NCBI GenBank assembly: GCA_965657945.1
Contig: CBFHPW010000002.1
Location: 99,818-163,817 of the forward strand
Source: Flavobacteriales bacterium
Lineage (GTDB): Bacteria > Bacteroidota > Bacteroidia > Flavobacteriales_D > CAJJDF01
Direction of reading: 5' to 3'
Length of the DNA: 64,000 nucleotides
Shown here: positions 18,920-27,363 of the stretch, piece after piece
Layout: every line of letters begins with the position of its first letter
Position numbering within the stretch: the first letter of the stretch is position 1
Notes under the pieces: model-generated
The model's database searches: none
Told to the model about the DNA's origin: nothing
Seen by the model: only the letters and a program-made list of their open reading frames with translations
Translations under genes and position numbers: made by a program

Positions 18920-19717
18920 ATGAAAAACCTACTTACCACCTGCCTAGCTATCCTTCTGTTGTTTGCTTGCAAAAAAGAACCCAAAGAAGAACCAAACCCG
19001 TGCTGCGGAGAAACTCCCGTAAAAGCCGATTTTGGCATGATGAATGGAACTTCGTTAACCCTGCGTTTTGTCGGATTTTATCCCGATGTAGCCTTTGCAA
19101 GAGAATTCATTACGTTCAAGGCAATTCCCGAAGACCCCGAAGCTACCTACACCTGGTACCTGGGAAGCGAAGTGATAACAGGCTCAACCTTTCAACGAGA
19201 TTTTAGTCCCACCAAAACAACTGGCGAAAACAACATTCCTATTACTATGGTGATAAGAAAAACCCCCAACAAAGAGTGTTTTCCTAATGACGAGGGTTAT
19301 GATTCCATTACCAAAACCATCACCCTAGTAGATGATTATTGTGAGTACTTAACCAATGGAGATTTTAAAGTGCTTTTTACTGGTGCAGCCGATAGTTCAA
19401 TCGTTCGTGTGAGGAATTGGTTTAGCAGCTCAGCAGGTAATTATACGCTTGATTGTCAAAAGAGCGGTGTATGTATGATAGGATTTGATGGGGATAATAA
19501 AGCAGATACTTTGTGGAATGCAACCCCACCGTTTGAAAGACCCACTCAATTTTATTCTCAATTAATTTACAAAAATGCTACTAGTACTTTTAATAACCTT
19601 TATGGTGGTTATTTTAGAGTAGGAAAAAACAGTAAAACTGTAAGTGCACGTTACAAAATATACAGAGAAGGTGGGGCTAATGATTCTTATTCATTTAAAG
19701 GAAGAAAAATAAATTAA
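18920..19717 (+). CDS. Lipoprotein, paralogue C of a tandem triplet
   Basis: Starts exactly 792 nt after B. The N-module is near-identical to A and B. Residues from ~165 on (NWFSSSAGNYTLDCQKSGVCMIGFDGDN...) have strongly diverged. Confidence 0.85.
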   Translation: MKNLLTTCLAILLLFACKKEPKEEPNPCCGETPVKADFGMMNGTSLTLRFVGFYPDVAFAREFITFKAIPEDPEATYTWYLGSEVITGSTFQRDFSPTKTTGENNIPITMVIRKTPNKECFPNDEGYDSITKTITLVDDYCEYLTNGDFKVLFTGAADSSIVRVRNWFSSSAGNYTLDCQKSGVCMIGFDGDNKADTLWNATPPFERPTQFYSQLIYKNATSTFNNLYGGYFRVGKNSKTVSARYKIYREGGANDSYSFKGRKIN

Positions 19718-19723
19718 CTAGTT

Positions 19724-22375
19724 ATGAAATATTTTACATTATTAATTACCTTATTTATCACATCAAATGCAGTTGCGCAAGAATGTCAAGATTGTTTTGA
19801 AGATAAAAACATCATTACGAATCCAGAAGATCCTGCGAATTGTGAAATGGATTTTTTTGCCAATGGCAGAAATAATCAGTTTTTGAATTCGTTTAATTGG
19901 GGAAAAAACAATGGAACTCTCTTTCAATCTATATCTCTCAACCCTAATGCAGGTTGGTCACCAAGCTTAACTCCCGCTTTCTTTACCATGAGATCACCCT
20001 ATTTATTAGGTTATCTTTATAAACCAGGTGAACCTATAGAAAATTACGATTTTCAATGGGAAGACGGATGGGAATTAATGTTTTTAAATACAGGATATTG
20101 GCCTGATGGAAGTGAGATTAATGTAGCAAACCCTGCTGACAAAATTGACTTTGTAGTTCCGCCTATTAATTCTAGTGTTCCATTTTTCGTATTATACAAT
20201 CGATATACTGGAAAAATGAGGTTTCTATTTAACGTTTATGCCGAACTAGGAACTTTTCAAAACATTTCCTTACAACTCGGATATTTATCTGGAGGAACGG
20301 CAAGCGGTATTTTTAGGCATGGCAATAACCTAGATAGAGCCTTGGATCAAGAGACTATAACACCATCGTTTTCTACACATTTTACATTTTTCAATAATCC
20401 CAACGAGTGGTTTACGTCAGACATTCAATTAGGTTATGACCCTTGTGTTTGCAACATTCAAAGCCTTTTTAACATTGATCTTTACGGCTTTGAAGAAACA
20501 AATATAGAAATGTTAGCAAGAGGGATTTCAGTGACTAGACCTTTACAAATAGGAGGGCAACCTACTTATACCGATTATTTAAACATCAGTGCCGATCGTC
20601 TAAAAACCAATGCCAATGGTGCTTTAATTTATAAAACGTTGGATGGAATGTTAAATGAATACAAAAAGAATCTGGACATTTATCACAACCAACTGAATGA
20701 CTACAATACATGGGGGGCTCAACTTCATCGAAATCTTTACGACTTAACCAAGCAAGGGCTGAATACTGGCTTTCAATCTGTTATCCCTGCCTCGGTGTAT
20801 CATCACCTGGGAGGAAATGTAGCCGGTATTGTCGGTTCCTTCAAGGGTGGGAATGGAACGAAAGCAGATTCAGCCAAATACTCCAAACAATTAAGCAAAC
20901 AGAGCAAAGCAGCTCTTGGAAATTTATCCGATCAACTGTTTGTTTCTCTCATCAAAAAAAGCAACAAACCCATTAAACCTACAATGCCAGTAGCCTCTTT
21001 TAGTGAAATGCGGATAAAAGGAACTTTACAAAAAGAATCTTACATAACATTAGGTCAATATTTAAATCCTGGTCATTTAACATCACAAACAGGAACTTTC
21101 GACCCAGTACGCTATCCCATTTACAACAAACCCGTAGGGTTGTTTGCTTTGTTGGAAACGCCTAGTTTGGTGGGTTGGCAGTCTTTGGAGGACAAAAATT
21201 ATTGGGAGAGAAATCATTACCATCCATTTTTTAAGTCACACCTATGGTATAAAAAAGGCTTGAAAACAAGTTTTAAACTAAAATCATCACTCCAGTATAA
21301 ATTCAATGACAATGTCGACATCGACAAAGAGCAAACTGAAATTTATGGACAGTATAGAATCGAGATTTCCAAAAATTTCAATCATCCATCAAGTTCCAAA
21401 AACCTACAATTATTGGAAGATAACAACCTCATTATTTTGCACGAATTTGATGATAAAATTATTCTTCAGAGCGATTGGTATCCCATAGAAATTTTAGGTG
21501 AGATTGTGGCTTCAACGAGCATGATTTTCGATCACGGCTGGATTAATAAAAACAAAAAGACTTATGAGCCAATCCTAGAAAAAGTACAACTCACTTTAAT
21601 GGCAGATATTTATTTCGAATCTCTCGGTTCAGACGGAAGAGAAAAAAACACGACCCAAGTGTTTACTTATGAATTGTACAACAGGGAAAAGGAAGTCGAT
21701 TTAATTGCCGAAAAAGGCAGTTGGGAATCAGATAAAAGAGAGGTTCAAAAATTCACACCAGGCACCATCGAAATAAAAGACGAAGTAATTAAACCATCTT
21801 CTGACTTTGTATGGGATGTGGTGGGCAATGAAATTCACATAAAAGCTGAGTATGTAAACCTACAAGGCAAAGTAGGAGTGCAACCTGGGTACAAGGCAAT
21901 CATTGAGGCATTTTGGGAAATAGAGGTGGATCCTACCATAGAGTTGGACAGGATTCAGCTCGAGGTAAAAAAAGATTTTTATGGATTCCCCGAACCAAGT
22001 GAGGTTACCCTCGATGAGCTAAAAGAATTCTGTGGCAATGACCAGAAATACAAAGCCAAGATAGTAAAAGAAGGCATCATAAATCCGAATACGGTGGAGG
22101 AAAAGAACGATACAGTGGAAGAAGACTTGAAAGAAATGAAGTTTATCTTGTTTCCCAATCCAACTTCGGAAATTGTCACGATTAACATACAGGGTGTTTC
22201 GGATGTTGAAAATGGGACAGTCCGAATTTTTGATTTAAGCGGAAAGGAAGTTTTGTCTAAAAACATACATTCCATTCGTTTTTCGGTTGATGTAACCACC
22301 CTAAGTAAAGGAATCTATTTTCTAGAGATAGGCACTAAGGAACAAAAAAAGGTAAAACGATTTATTAAAATATAG
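19724..22375 (+). CDS. 883-aa secreted protein of unknown function with a T9SS type-A C-terminal sorting domain
   Basis: Signal peptide MKYFTLLITLFITSNAVAQ. C-terminal ~79 aa (nt 22136-22372) read FILFPNPTSEIVTINIQG...GIYFLEIGTKEQKKVKRFIKI, a Por secretion-tail pattern. It starts 6 nt after lipoprotein C. Confidence 0.85.
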   Translation: MKYFTLLITLFITSNAVAQECQDCFEDKNIITNPEDPANCEMDFFANGRNNQFLNSFNWGKNNGTLFQSISLNPNAGWSPSLTPAFFTMRSPYLLGYLYKPGEPIENYDFQWEDGWELMFLNTGYWPDGSEINVANPADKIDFVVPPINSSVPFFVLYNRYTGKMRFLFNVYAELGTFQNISLQLGYLSGGTASGIFRHGNNLDRALDQETITPSFSTHFTFFNNPNEWFTSDIQLGYDPCVCNIQSLFNIDLYGFEETNIEMLARGISVTRPLQIGGQPTYTDYLNISADRLKTNANGALIYKTLDGMLNEYKKNLDIYHNQLNDYNTWGAQLHRNLYDLTKQGLNTGFQSVIPASVYHHLGGNVAGIVGSFKGGNGTKADSAKYSKQLSKQSKAALGNLSDQLFVSLIKKSNKPIKPTMPVASFSEMRIKGTLQKESYITLGQYLNPGHLTSQTGTFDPVRYPIYNKPVGLFALLETPSLVGWQSLEDKNYWERNHYHPFFKSHLWYKKGLKTSFKLKSSLQYKFNDNVDIDKEQTEIYGQYRIEISKNFNHPSSSKNLQLLEDNNLIILHEFDDKIILQSDWYPIEILGEIVASTSMIFDHGWINKNKKTYEPILEKVQLTLMADIYFESLGSDGREKNTTQVFTYELYNREKEVDLIAEKGSWESDKREVQKFTPGTIEIKDEVIKPSSDFVWDVVGNEIHIKAEYVNLQGKVGVQPGYKAIIEAFWEIEVDPTIELDRIQLEVKKDFYGFPEPSEVTLDELKEFCGNDQKYKAKIVKEGIINPNTVEEKNDTVEEDLKEMKFILFPNPTSEIVTINIQGVSDVENGTVRIFDLSGKEVLSKNIHSIRFSVDVTTLSKGIYFLEIGTKEQKKVKRFIKI

Positions 22376-22394
22376 AACGGAATCAGTCTGTTTT
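22376..22394 (+). terminator. Weak hairpin after the T9SS-cargo gene
   Basis: AACGGA (22376-22381) pairs with TCTGTT (22387-22392, one G-U pair), followed by TT-AATT. Marginal. Confidence 0.25.
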
Positions 22395-22459
22395 AATTCA
22401 TTCATTTACCCATTTAATTTATTGAAAAAGCCATATCTTTGACACTCATCAAGCAAATT

Positions 22460-23614
22460 ATGAGTAAAAAAGGTATCGCAATACTAGGTTCTACGGGTTC
22501 TATAGGCACTCAAGCCCTAGAGGTAATTGAACAGTTTCCCGAAAAATTTGAATTGGTGGTCCTTACGGCCAACCGAAATGCCGATTTGTTAATCGAACAG
22601 GCACTTAAATTCAAGCCAAATACGGTCGTAATTGTAGATGAAACACAGTACCAGAAAGTGAAAGATGTTCTGTGGGAACACGACATAAAAGTATATGCTG
22701 GCGAAGAGTCATTGAATCAAGTGGTAGAAATGAACGAGGTAGAAACTGTACTTACGGCAACAGTTGGATATTCTGGATTACTGCCTACCATTCATGCGAT
22801 TAACGCAGGAAAAAATATTGCTTTAGCCAATAAAGAAACACTCGTAGTAGCAGGAGACATCATCACCAAACTTGCCCAACAAAAAGGAGTGAACATTTAC
22901 CCAGTCGATTCGGAACATTCAGCAATTTTTCAATGTCTTGCAGGAAACTTTGAGAATAAAATCGAAAAACTTATTCTAACTGCATCTGGAGGACCATTTA
23001 GAGGAAAAACATACGAGGAACTAAAATCAGTGACAAGAGAACAGGCACTGAAACATCCCAACTGGGAAATGGGCGCAAAAATCACGATTGATTCGGCTTC
23101 ATTGATGAATAAAGGCTTGGAGGTAATTGAAGCCAAGTGGCTGTTTGGCATTCCTGCCGAAAAAATTGAGGTGGTCGTGCATCCACAATCCATCATTCAC
23201 TCCGCGGTGCAATTTGAAGACAGCAGTATTTTAGCTCAAATGGGAATTCCAAGCATGAAAGTGCCTATTCAATACGCTTTGACTTATCCAGAGAGGCCAA
23301 AATCAAATTTTGAGCGGTTTAGTTTTTTCGATTATCCAAACCTTACTTTTGAAAAACCAGACATGGAAACTTTTAAAAACCTGAAACTGGCGTTTGATGT
23401 AATTGACAAAGGTGGAAACGCTGCTTGTGTTCTTAACGCTGCTAATGAAATTACGAACAAGGCGTTTTTAGATGGCAGAATCTCGTTTTTGGACATTGGG
23501 GATATTAATGAAAAAACGATAGAAAGCACTACTTTCATTTCCCAACCAACACTAGAAGATTACATTGCAACCAATACTGAGGCAAGAAGAATTGCCGAAG
23601 AATTTTGCCATTAA
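22460..23614 (+). CDS. dxr: 1-deoxy-D-xylulose-5-phosphate reductoisomerase
   Basis: GIAILGSTGSIGTQAL NADPH motif, LANKE, DSEHSAIFQC and NKGLEVIEA. I prefer the ATG at 22460 over the TTG at 22439. Confidence 0.95.
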   Translation: MSKKGIAILGSTGSIGTQALEVIEQFPEKFELVVLTANRNADLLIEQALKFKPNTVVIVDETQYQKVKDVLWEHDIKVYAGEESLNQVVEMNEVETVLTATVGYSGLLPTIHAINAGKNIALANKETLVVAGDIITKLAQQKGVNIYPVDSEHSAIFQCLAGNFENKIEKLILTASGGPFRGKTYEELKSVTREQALKHPNWEMGAKITIDSASLMNKGLEVIEAKWLFGIPAEKIEVVVHPQSIIHSAVQFEDSSILAQMGIPSMKVPIQYALTYPERPKSNFERFSFFDYPNLTFEKPDMETFKNLKLAFDVIDKGGNAACVLNAANEITNKAFLDGRISFLDIGDINEKTIESTTFISQPTLEDYIATNTEARRIAEEFCH

Positions 23615-23637
23615 CATTTTTAACACTTTAACGTTTC

Positions 23638-24978
23638 ATGGAAACTATTTCAGTTATATTTCAATTATTGCTTTCTCTCTCTATTTTAGTCGTTTTACAC
23701 GAATTGGGACACTTTATTCCTGCAAGATTATTCAAAATAAGGGTAGAGAAATTTTATCTTTTCTTTAATCCTTGGTTCTCTTTATTTAAATACAAAAAGG
23801 GGGATACAGAATACGGAATTGGTTGGTTACCACTTGGTGGATTTGTAAAAATCGCTGGAATGATAGACGAATCAATGGATACAGACCAAATGAAACAACC
23901 TCCAAAACCGGATGAGTTTCGGTCCAAACCAGCTTGGCAAAGGCTCATTGTAATGATTGGCGGAGTAGTTGTCAATGTTCTTTTGGCCTTCTTCTTATAC
24001 GCTATGATTGCTTTTGTTTGGGGAAAAGATTATGTGAAAAATGAAGACCATATCCACGGAATAGAAGTGCTTACGCCAAACTTGATTGGAGAAAACCTTT
24101 TTCAAAATGGGGATAAAATTATTTCCGTTGAGGGCGAACCGCTAGAAGAGCTGATGCAAGCCAACAACAAGATGCTCATCAATCAAGCGAAACAATATAA
24201 AGTAGAACGAAATGGCGAAATAATTGATATCACCATTAAGGACGAAGGGGTGGATTACATGTTGAAAAAGGAAAGCATTGTATTTATTCCTCGTGTACCT
24301 ACCCAAATAGATTCTGTTTTGCCGAATGGAATAGGCAAAGACTTGGGGCTAAAGAAAGGCGACAAAATACTCACTATCAACGACAAAGATGTCGCTATGT
24401 TTGATCAGTTTAGAAATAAATTAACTGAGTTTAAAACAGCCAAAGTTGATTCCTTTGAATTGGTTGTGAATAGAGATGGACAAAAACTGGTATTCGCCTC
24501 AGTTTTTGACACTACCTACAAACTTGGATTTCTCAACGTATTTTTTCTCACTCATGATTTCAAAAAAACTCATGTAGATTATTCGTTCGCAGAGTCCATA
24601 CCCGAGGGGATATATCTGGCTAAAAACACGTTGGCCGATTACGTAAATCAGTTCAAACTAATTTTTACGAAAAAAGAAGCAGTGAAAAAGGTAGGAGGAT
24701 TTGGAACGATTGCCAAAATATTCCCCAAAACTTGGGATTGGAAAATATTTTGGTCTCGAACAGCTTTTTTATCAGTGGTTTTAGCTTTCATGAATATATT
24801 GCCAATTCCGGCACTCGATGGAGGGCACGTCATGTTCTTGCTCTACGAAATGGTATCTGGCAGGCCACCAAGCGACAAATTTCTGGAAAAAGCCCAAATG
24901 TTTGGGTTCTTTATTTTGTTATTCGTCATGCTTTACGCAAATGGGAATGACTTTTACCGTTGGTTTACAGGTCAATAA
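23638..24978 (+). CDS. rseP: RIP site-2 zinc metalloprotease RseP
   Basis: HELGHF zinc motif in TM1, PDZ-like central region, and C-terminal NILPIPALDGGH motif. Confidence 0.9.
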   Translation: METISVIFQLLLSLSILVVLHELGHFIPARLFKIRVEKFYLFFNPWFSLFKYKKGDTEYGIGWLPLGGFVKIAGMIDESMDTDQMKQPPKPDEFRSKPAWQRLIVMIGGVVVNVLLAFFLYAMIAFVWGKDYVKNEDHIHGIEVLTPNLIGENLFQNGDKIISVEGEPLEELMQANNKMLINQAKQYKVERNGEIIDITIKDEGVDYMLKKESIVFIPRVPTQIDSVLPNGIGKDLGLKKGDKILTINDKDVAMFDQFRNKLTEFKTAKVDSFELVVNRDGQKLVFASVFDTTYKLGFLNVFFLTHDFKKTHVDYSFAESIPEGIYLAKNTLADYVNQFKLIFTKKEAVKKVGGFGTIAKIFPKTWDWKIFWSRTAFLSVVLAFMNILPIPALDGGHVMFLLYEMVSGRPPSDKFLEKAQMFGFFILLFVMLYANGNDFYRWFTGQ

Positions 24979-24980
24979 TA

Positions 24981-25145
24981 ATGTATTACACGATAGTAGG
25001 AATAGTAGTAGTGATTGTAGCTTTTTTTATGGCTGCTACACAAAAAGCACGTGGTTACAATTTTTGGCGATACTTTGTCGTTTCTATCGTGGTCGTAGCC
25101 GGAATATATATGATGATAGAAAACCTCATCAACAAACCGAGATAA
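24981..25145 (+). CDS. Small two-TM membrane protein (hypothetical)
   Basis: MYYTIVGIVVVIVAFFMAATQKARGYNFWRYFVVSIVVVAGIYMMIENLINKPR. The ATG at 24981 lies just after the rseP stop. Confidence 0.5.
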   Translation: MYYTIVGIVVVIVAFFMAATQKARGYNFWRYFVVSIVVVAGIYMMIENLINKPR

Positions 25146-25213
25146 GTGTAACCAAAAACTACTAAGAGTTATTTTTATTTTCTATATTTCGATGACAGAA
25201 TAAAGCCCCTCAT

Positions 25214-26758
25214 TTGAAGTCAAAAAAATTATACTCCACCAAACAAGTCTGGAAAACCATCCTTTCCATTTTGGCACTAATCATAATTGGATTATCGCTC
25301 TGGTACACCAATTACTTGGCCAAAAAAATCCAAAACGAAGAACGATTAAGAGTGAAATTATGGAGTGAAACAGTAAAAAAACAAGCTCAACTTATCACTT
25401 TAACTAACCAAACTTTTGATCAGCTCAGGGCCGAAGAAAGTGGCAACATACAAGATTGGGCATTTGCTTTGAAAGAATCGAGCAGAGAACAGAACGATTA
25501 CACGTTTATCTATTCCTTCCTGTCCAAGACAAACAACATTCCCAAGATTCTTGAGTACGTAGATTTAAAGTCTGGAAACCGGGAAGTTACCTTCTCGGGC
25601 AATGACATTCCGTTTTCGATTGAAGAATTTGAATCAAAAAAAGAGTTCAATGATTCCGTAAGGATATTCGTTCAATCGTGGGATTCACTGAATCCGCCAA
25701 TTAAAATCCCAAATACGGCCGTTCAATTTCAAATGCTTCATTACGGCAATTCCAAACTTTTTGAAGAATTAAAAACGAAACAAAAATCGCTTATTTCTTC
25801 TTTCGAGAATGAATTGATTGCAAACTCCTCGTCTATTCCTATTTTGTACGTGGATTCAGCAACGAATGAAATCAGAAGAACGATCAACATTGAAGAAGAA
25901 AAAATCATAGATTCTGCCTCGATAGCTGCTACTATTTCGCAATTAAAATCTGAGAATCCAAGAATAGAAGTTTCTTTTGGCGGAGAAAACAAAGGCTACA
26001 TTTACTACGCAGAATCTACCTTACTCAAACAATTGCGGTTTTACCCTTGGGTGCAATTAGTCATTATCCTATTGTTTTTAATGGTATCCTATTTCTTATT
26101 TAGCACATTCCGAAAAGCTGAACAAAACCAAGTTTGGGCCGGAATGGCAAAAGAAACTGCCCATCAATTAGGCACACCACTTTCCTCTCTTATGGCTTGG
26201 CTTGAAATAATAAAAGCCGATGGAGTTCCCGAATCTTCAATCAAAGAAATGAACAAAGATATTAACCGGCTCAACACCATTACCGATAGGTTTTCGAAGA
26301 TTGGCTCTGAGGTACGAACAACGGAAGAAAACATTTTCTCTGAGGTTGATAAATCACTTGATTACCTCAGAAGTAGAGTTTCCAAACAAGTGGACTTGAG
26401 TGTAGTTGGCTCGCGAAATGCCATTGCTTACATCAACGCTTCGTTGTTTGAATGGGTAATCGAAAATATAACAAAAAATGCCATTGATGCGATTCAAGGA
26501 AAAAAAGGAAGCATCAAGTTCGAAATCTCCGAAAATGACAAGAAAGTCATTCTAGACATTACTGATACAGGAAAAGGAATTCCTTCTTCTAATTTCAAAT
26601 CAATCTTCAATCCAGGATTCTCGACCAAAGAAAGAGGCTGGGGATTGGGATTGAGTCTTGTGAAACGCATTGTAGAAGAGCAATTGAAAGGAAAAATCTT
26701 TGTGCTAACTTCTAAAATTGATCAAGGAACTACGTTTAGGATTACGTTGAAGAAATAA
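25214..26758 (+). CDS. Membrane-bound sensor histidine kinase
   Basis: Two TM segments flank a ~250-aa extracytoplasmic region. H-box ETAHQLGTPLSSL. HATPase_c motifs NAIDA, DTGKGIP and GWGLGLS. TTG is the only start available after the in-frame TGA at 25193. Confidence 0.8.
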   Translation: MKSKKLYSTKQVWKTILSILALIIIGLSLWYTNYLAKKIQNEERLRVKLWSETVKKQAQLITLTNQTFDQLRAEESGNIQDWAFALKESSREQNDYTFIYSFLSKTNNIPKILEYVDLKSGNREVTFSGNDIPFSIEEFESKKEFNDSVRIFVQSWDSLNPPIKIPNTAVQFQMLHYGNSKLFEELKTKQKSLISSFENELIANSSSIPILYVDSATNEIRRTINIEEEKIIDSASIAATISQLKSENPRIEVSFGGENKGYIYYAESTLLKQLRFYPWVQLVIILLFLMVSYFLFSTFRKAEQNQVWAGMAKETAHQLGTPLSSLMAWLEIIKADGVPESSIKEMNKDINRLNTITDRFSKIGSEVRTTEENIFSEVDKSLDYLRSRVSKQVDLSVVGSRNAIAYINASLFEWVIENITKNAIDAIQGKKGSIKFEISENDKKVILDITDTGKGIPSSNFKSIFNPGFSTKERGWGLGLSLVKRIVEEQLKGKIFVLTSKIDQGTTFRITLKK

Positions 26759-26901
26759 GTTTTAGTTCATTCAAAACTCCATGTCATCTCCGTGAAAACG
26801 GACATCTTATTCATCCGCTATGATTCTCGTTTTAAGTTTACTACTTTGGTGAGAATGTCAAACGAAAAGATTAAATATCTTTGTAACATAAATACATTAA
26901 A

Positions 26902-27363
26902 ATGCCAACCTACAGAGCTTTATCCTTAGAAGAATTAGAATTATTTGAACAAGAATTCAAAGAATTCCTTGCCGTAAATGGCATTGATGCTGATTTGTGG
27001 ACTAAAATAAAAATAGAAGATTCTGAAAAAGTAGAAAAACTCATTGAATCTTTTAGTGATGTGATTTACAATTCTGTCCTTTTAAAACTTGAGTACGTGG
27101 AATTCGCAACAGAAAACGACATTAAGTATTTCTACTATGGCAAAGAAAAAGCAGAACTCATTGGCTTACAAAGCAATGAAATCACATTTGACGACCCAAA
27201 AAAAGTAGCCAGAGCGATAAAAGAAAGGAAAGTTTCTATCAAGTCCTATAAAACCACAAAGGAGTATGCTCAAAAAAGAGAAATCGAACTATTCGAGATG
27301 CTAAAAAATGGCTGTCAACCCAGTGATGGCAAAATGTTTAAACTACTCGCCAGCATTGTTTAA
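26902..27363 (+). CDS. Conserved hypothetical cytoplasmic protein
   Basis: Clean 153-aa ORF with an acidic N-terminal half and no motif I recognise. It overlaps the dxs stop by 4 nt, convergently. Confidence 0.6.
   Translation: MPTYRALSLEELELFEQEFKEFLAVNGIDADLWTKIKIEDSEKVEKLIESFSDVIYNSVLLKLEYVEFATENDIKYFYYGKEKAELIGLQSNEITFDDPKKVARAIKERKVSIKSYKTTKEYAQKREIELFEMLKNGCQPSDGKMFKLLASIV

Larger units (their letters stand above)
17336..19717 (+). repeat. Tandem gene-sized direct repeat, three units of 792 nt (the last unit is 12 nt longer)
   Basis: Start codons at 17336, 18128 and 18920. The spacer TAAAAAATTATG is identical at both internal junctions. The first ~500 nt of each unit are near-identical. 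Confidence 0.95.

Noticed and set aside
17317-19206. Arg-rich alternative-frame ORFs recurring in each lipoprotein paralogue (17317-17622, 18175-18414, 18967-19206), which might look like a conserved overlapping gene.
   Set aside because: They are conserved only because the underlying DNA is near-identical. The sequence (QKRTQRRTKPVLRRNSRKSRFWHDEW...) is low-complexity, has no start context, and lies entirely within a well-supported lipoprotein frame.
17336-19717. The 792-bp tandem repeat as a possible mobile element or IS array.
   Set aside because: There is no transposase, no terminal inverted repeats and no target-site duplications. Each unit is a complete lipoprotein gene.
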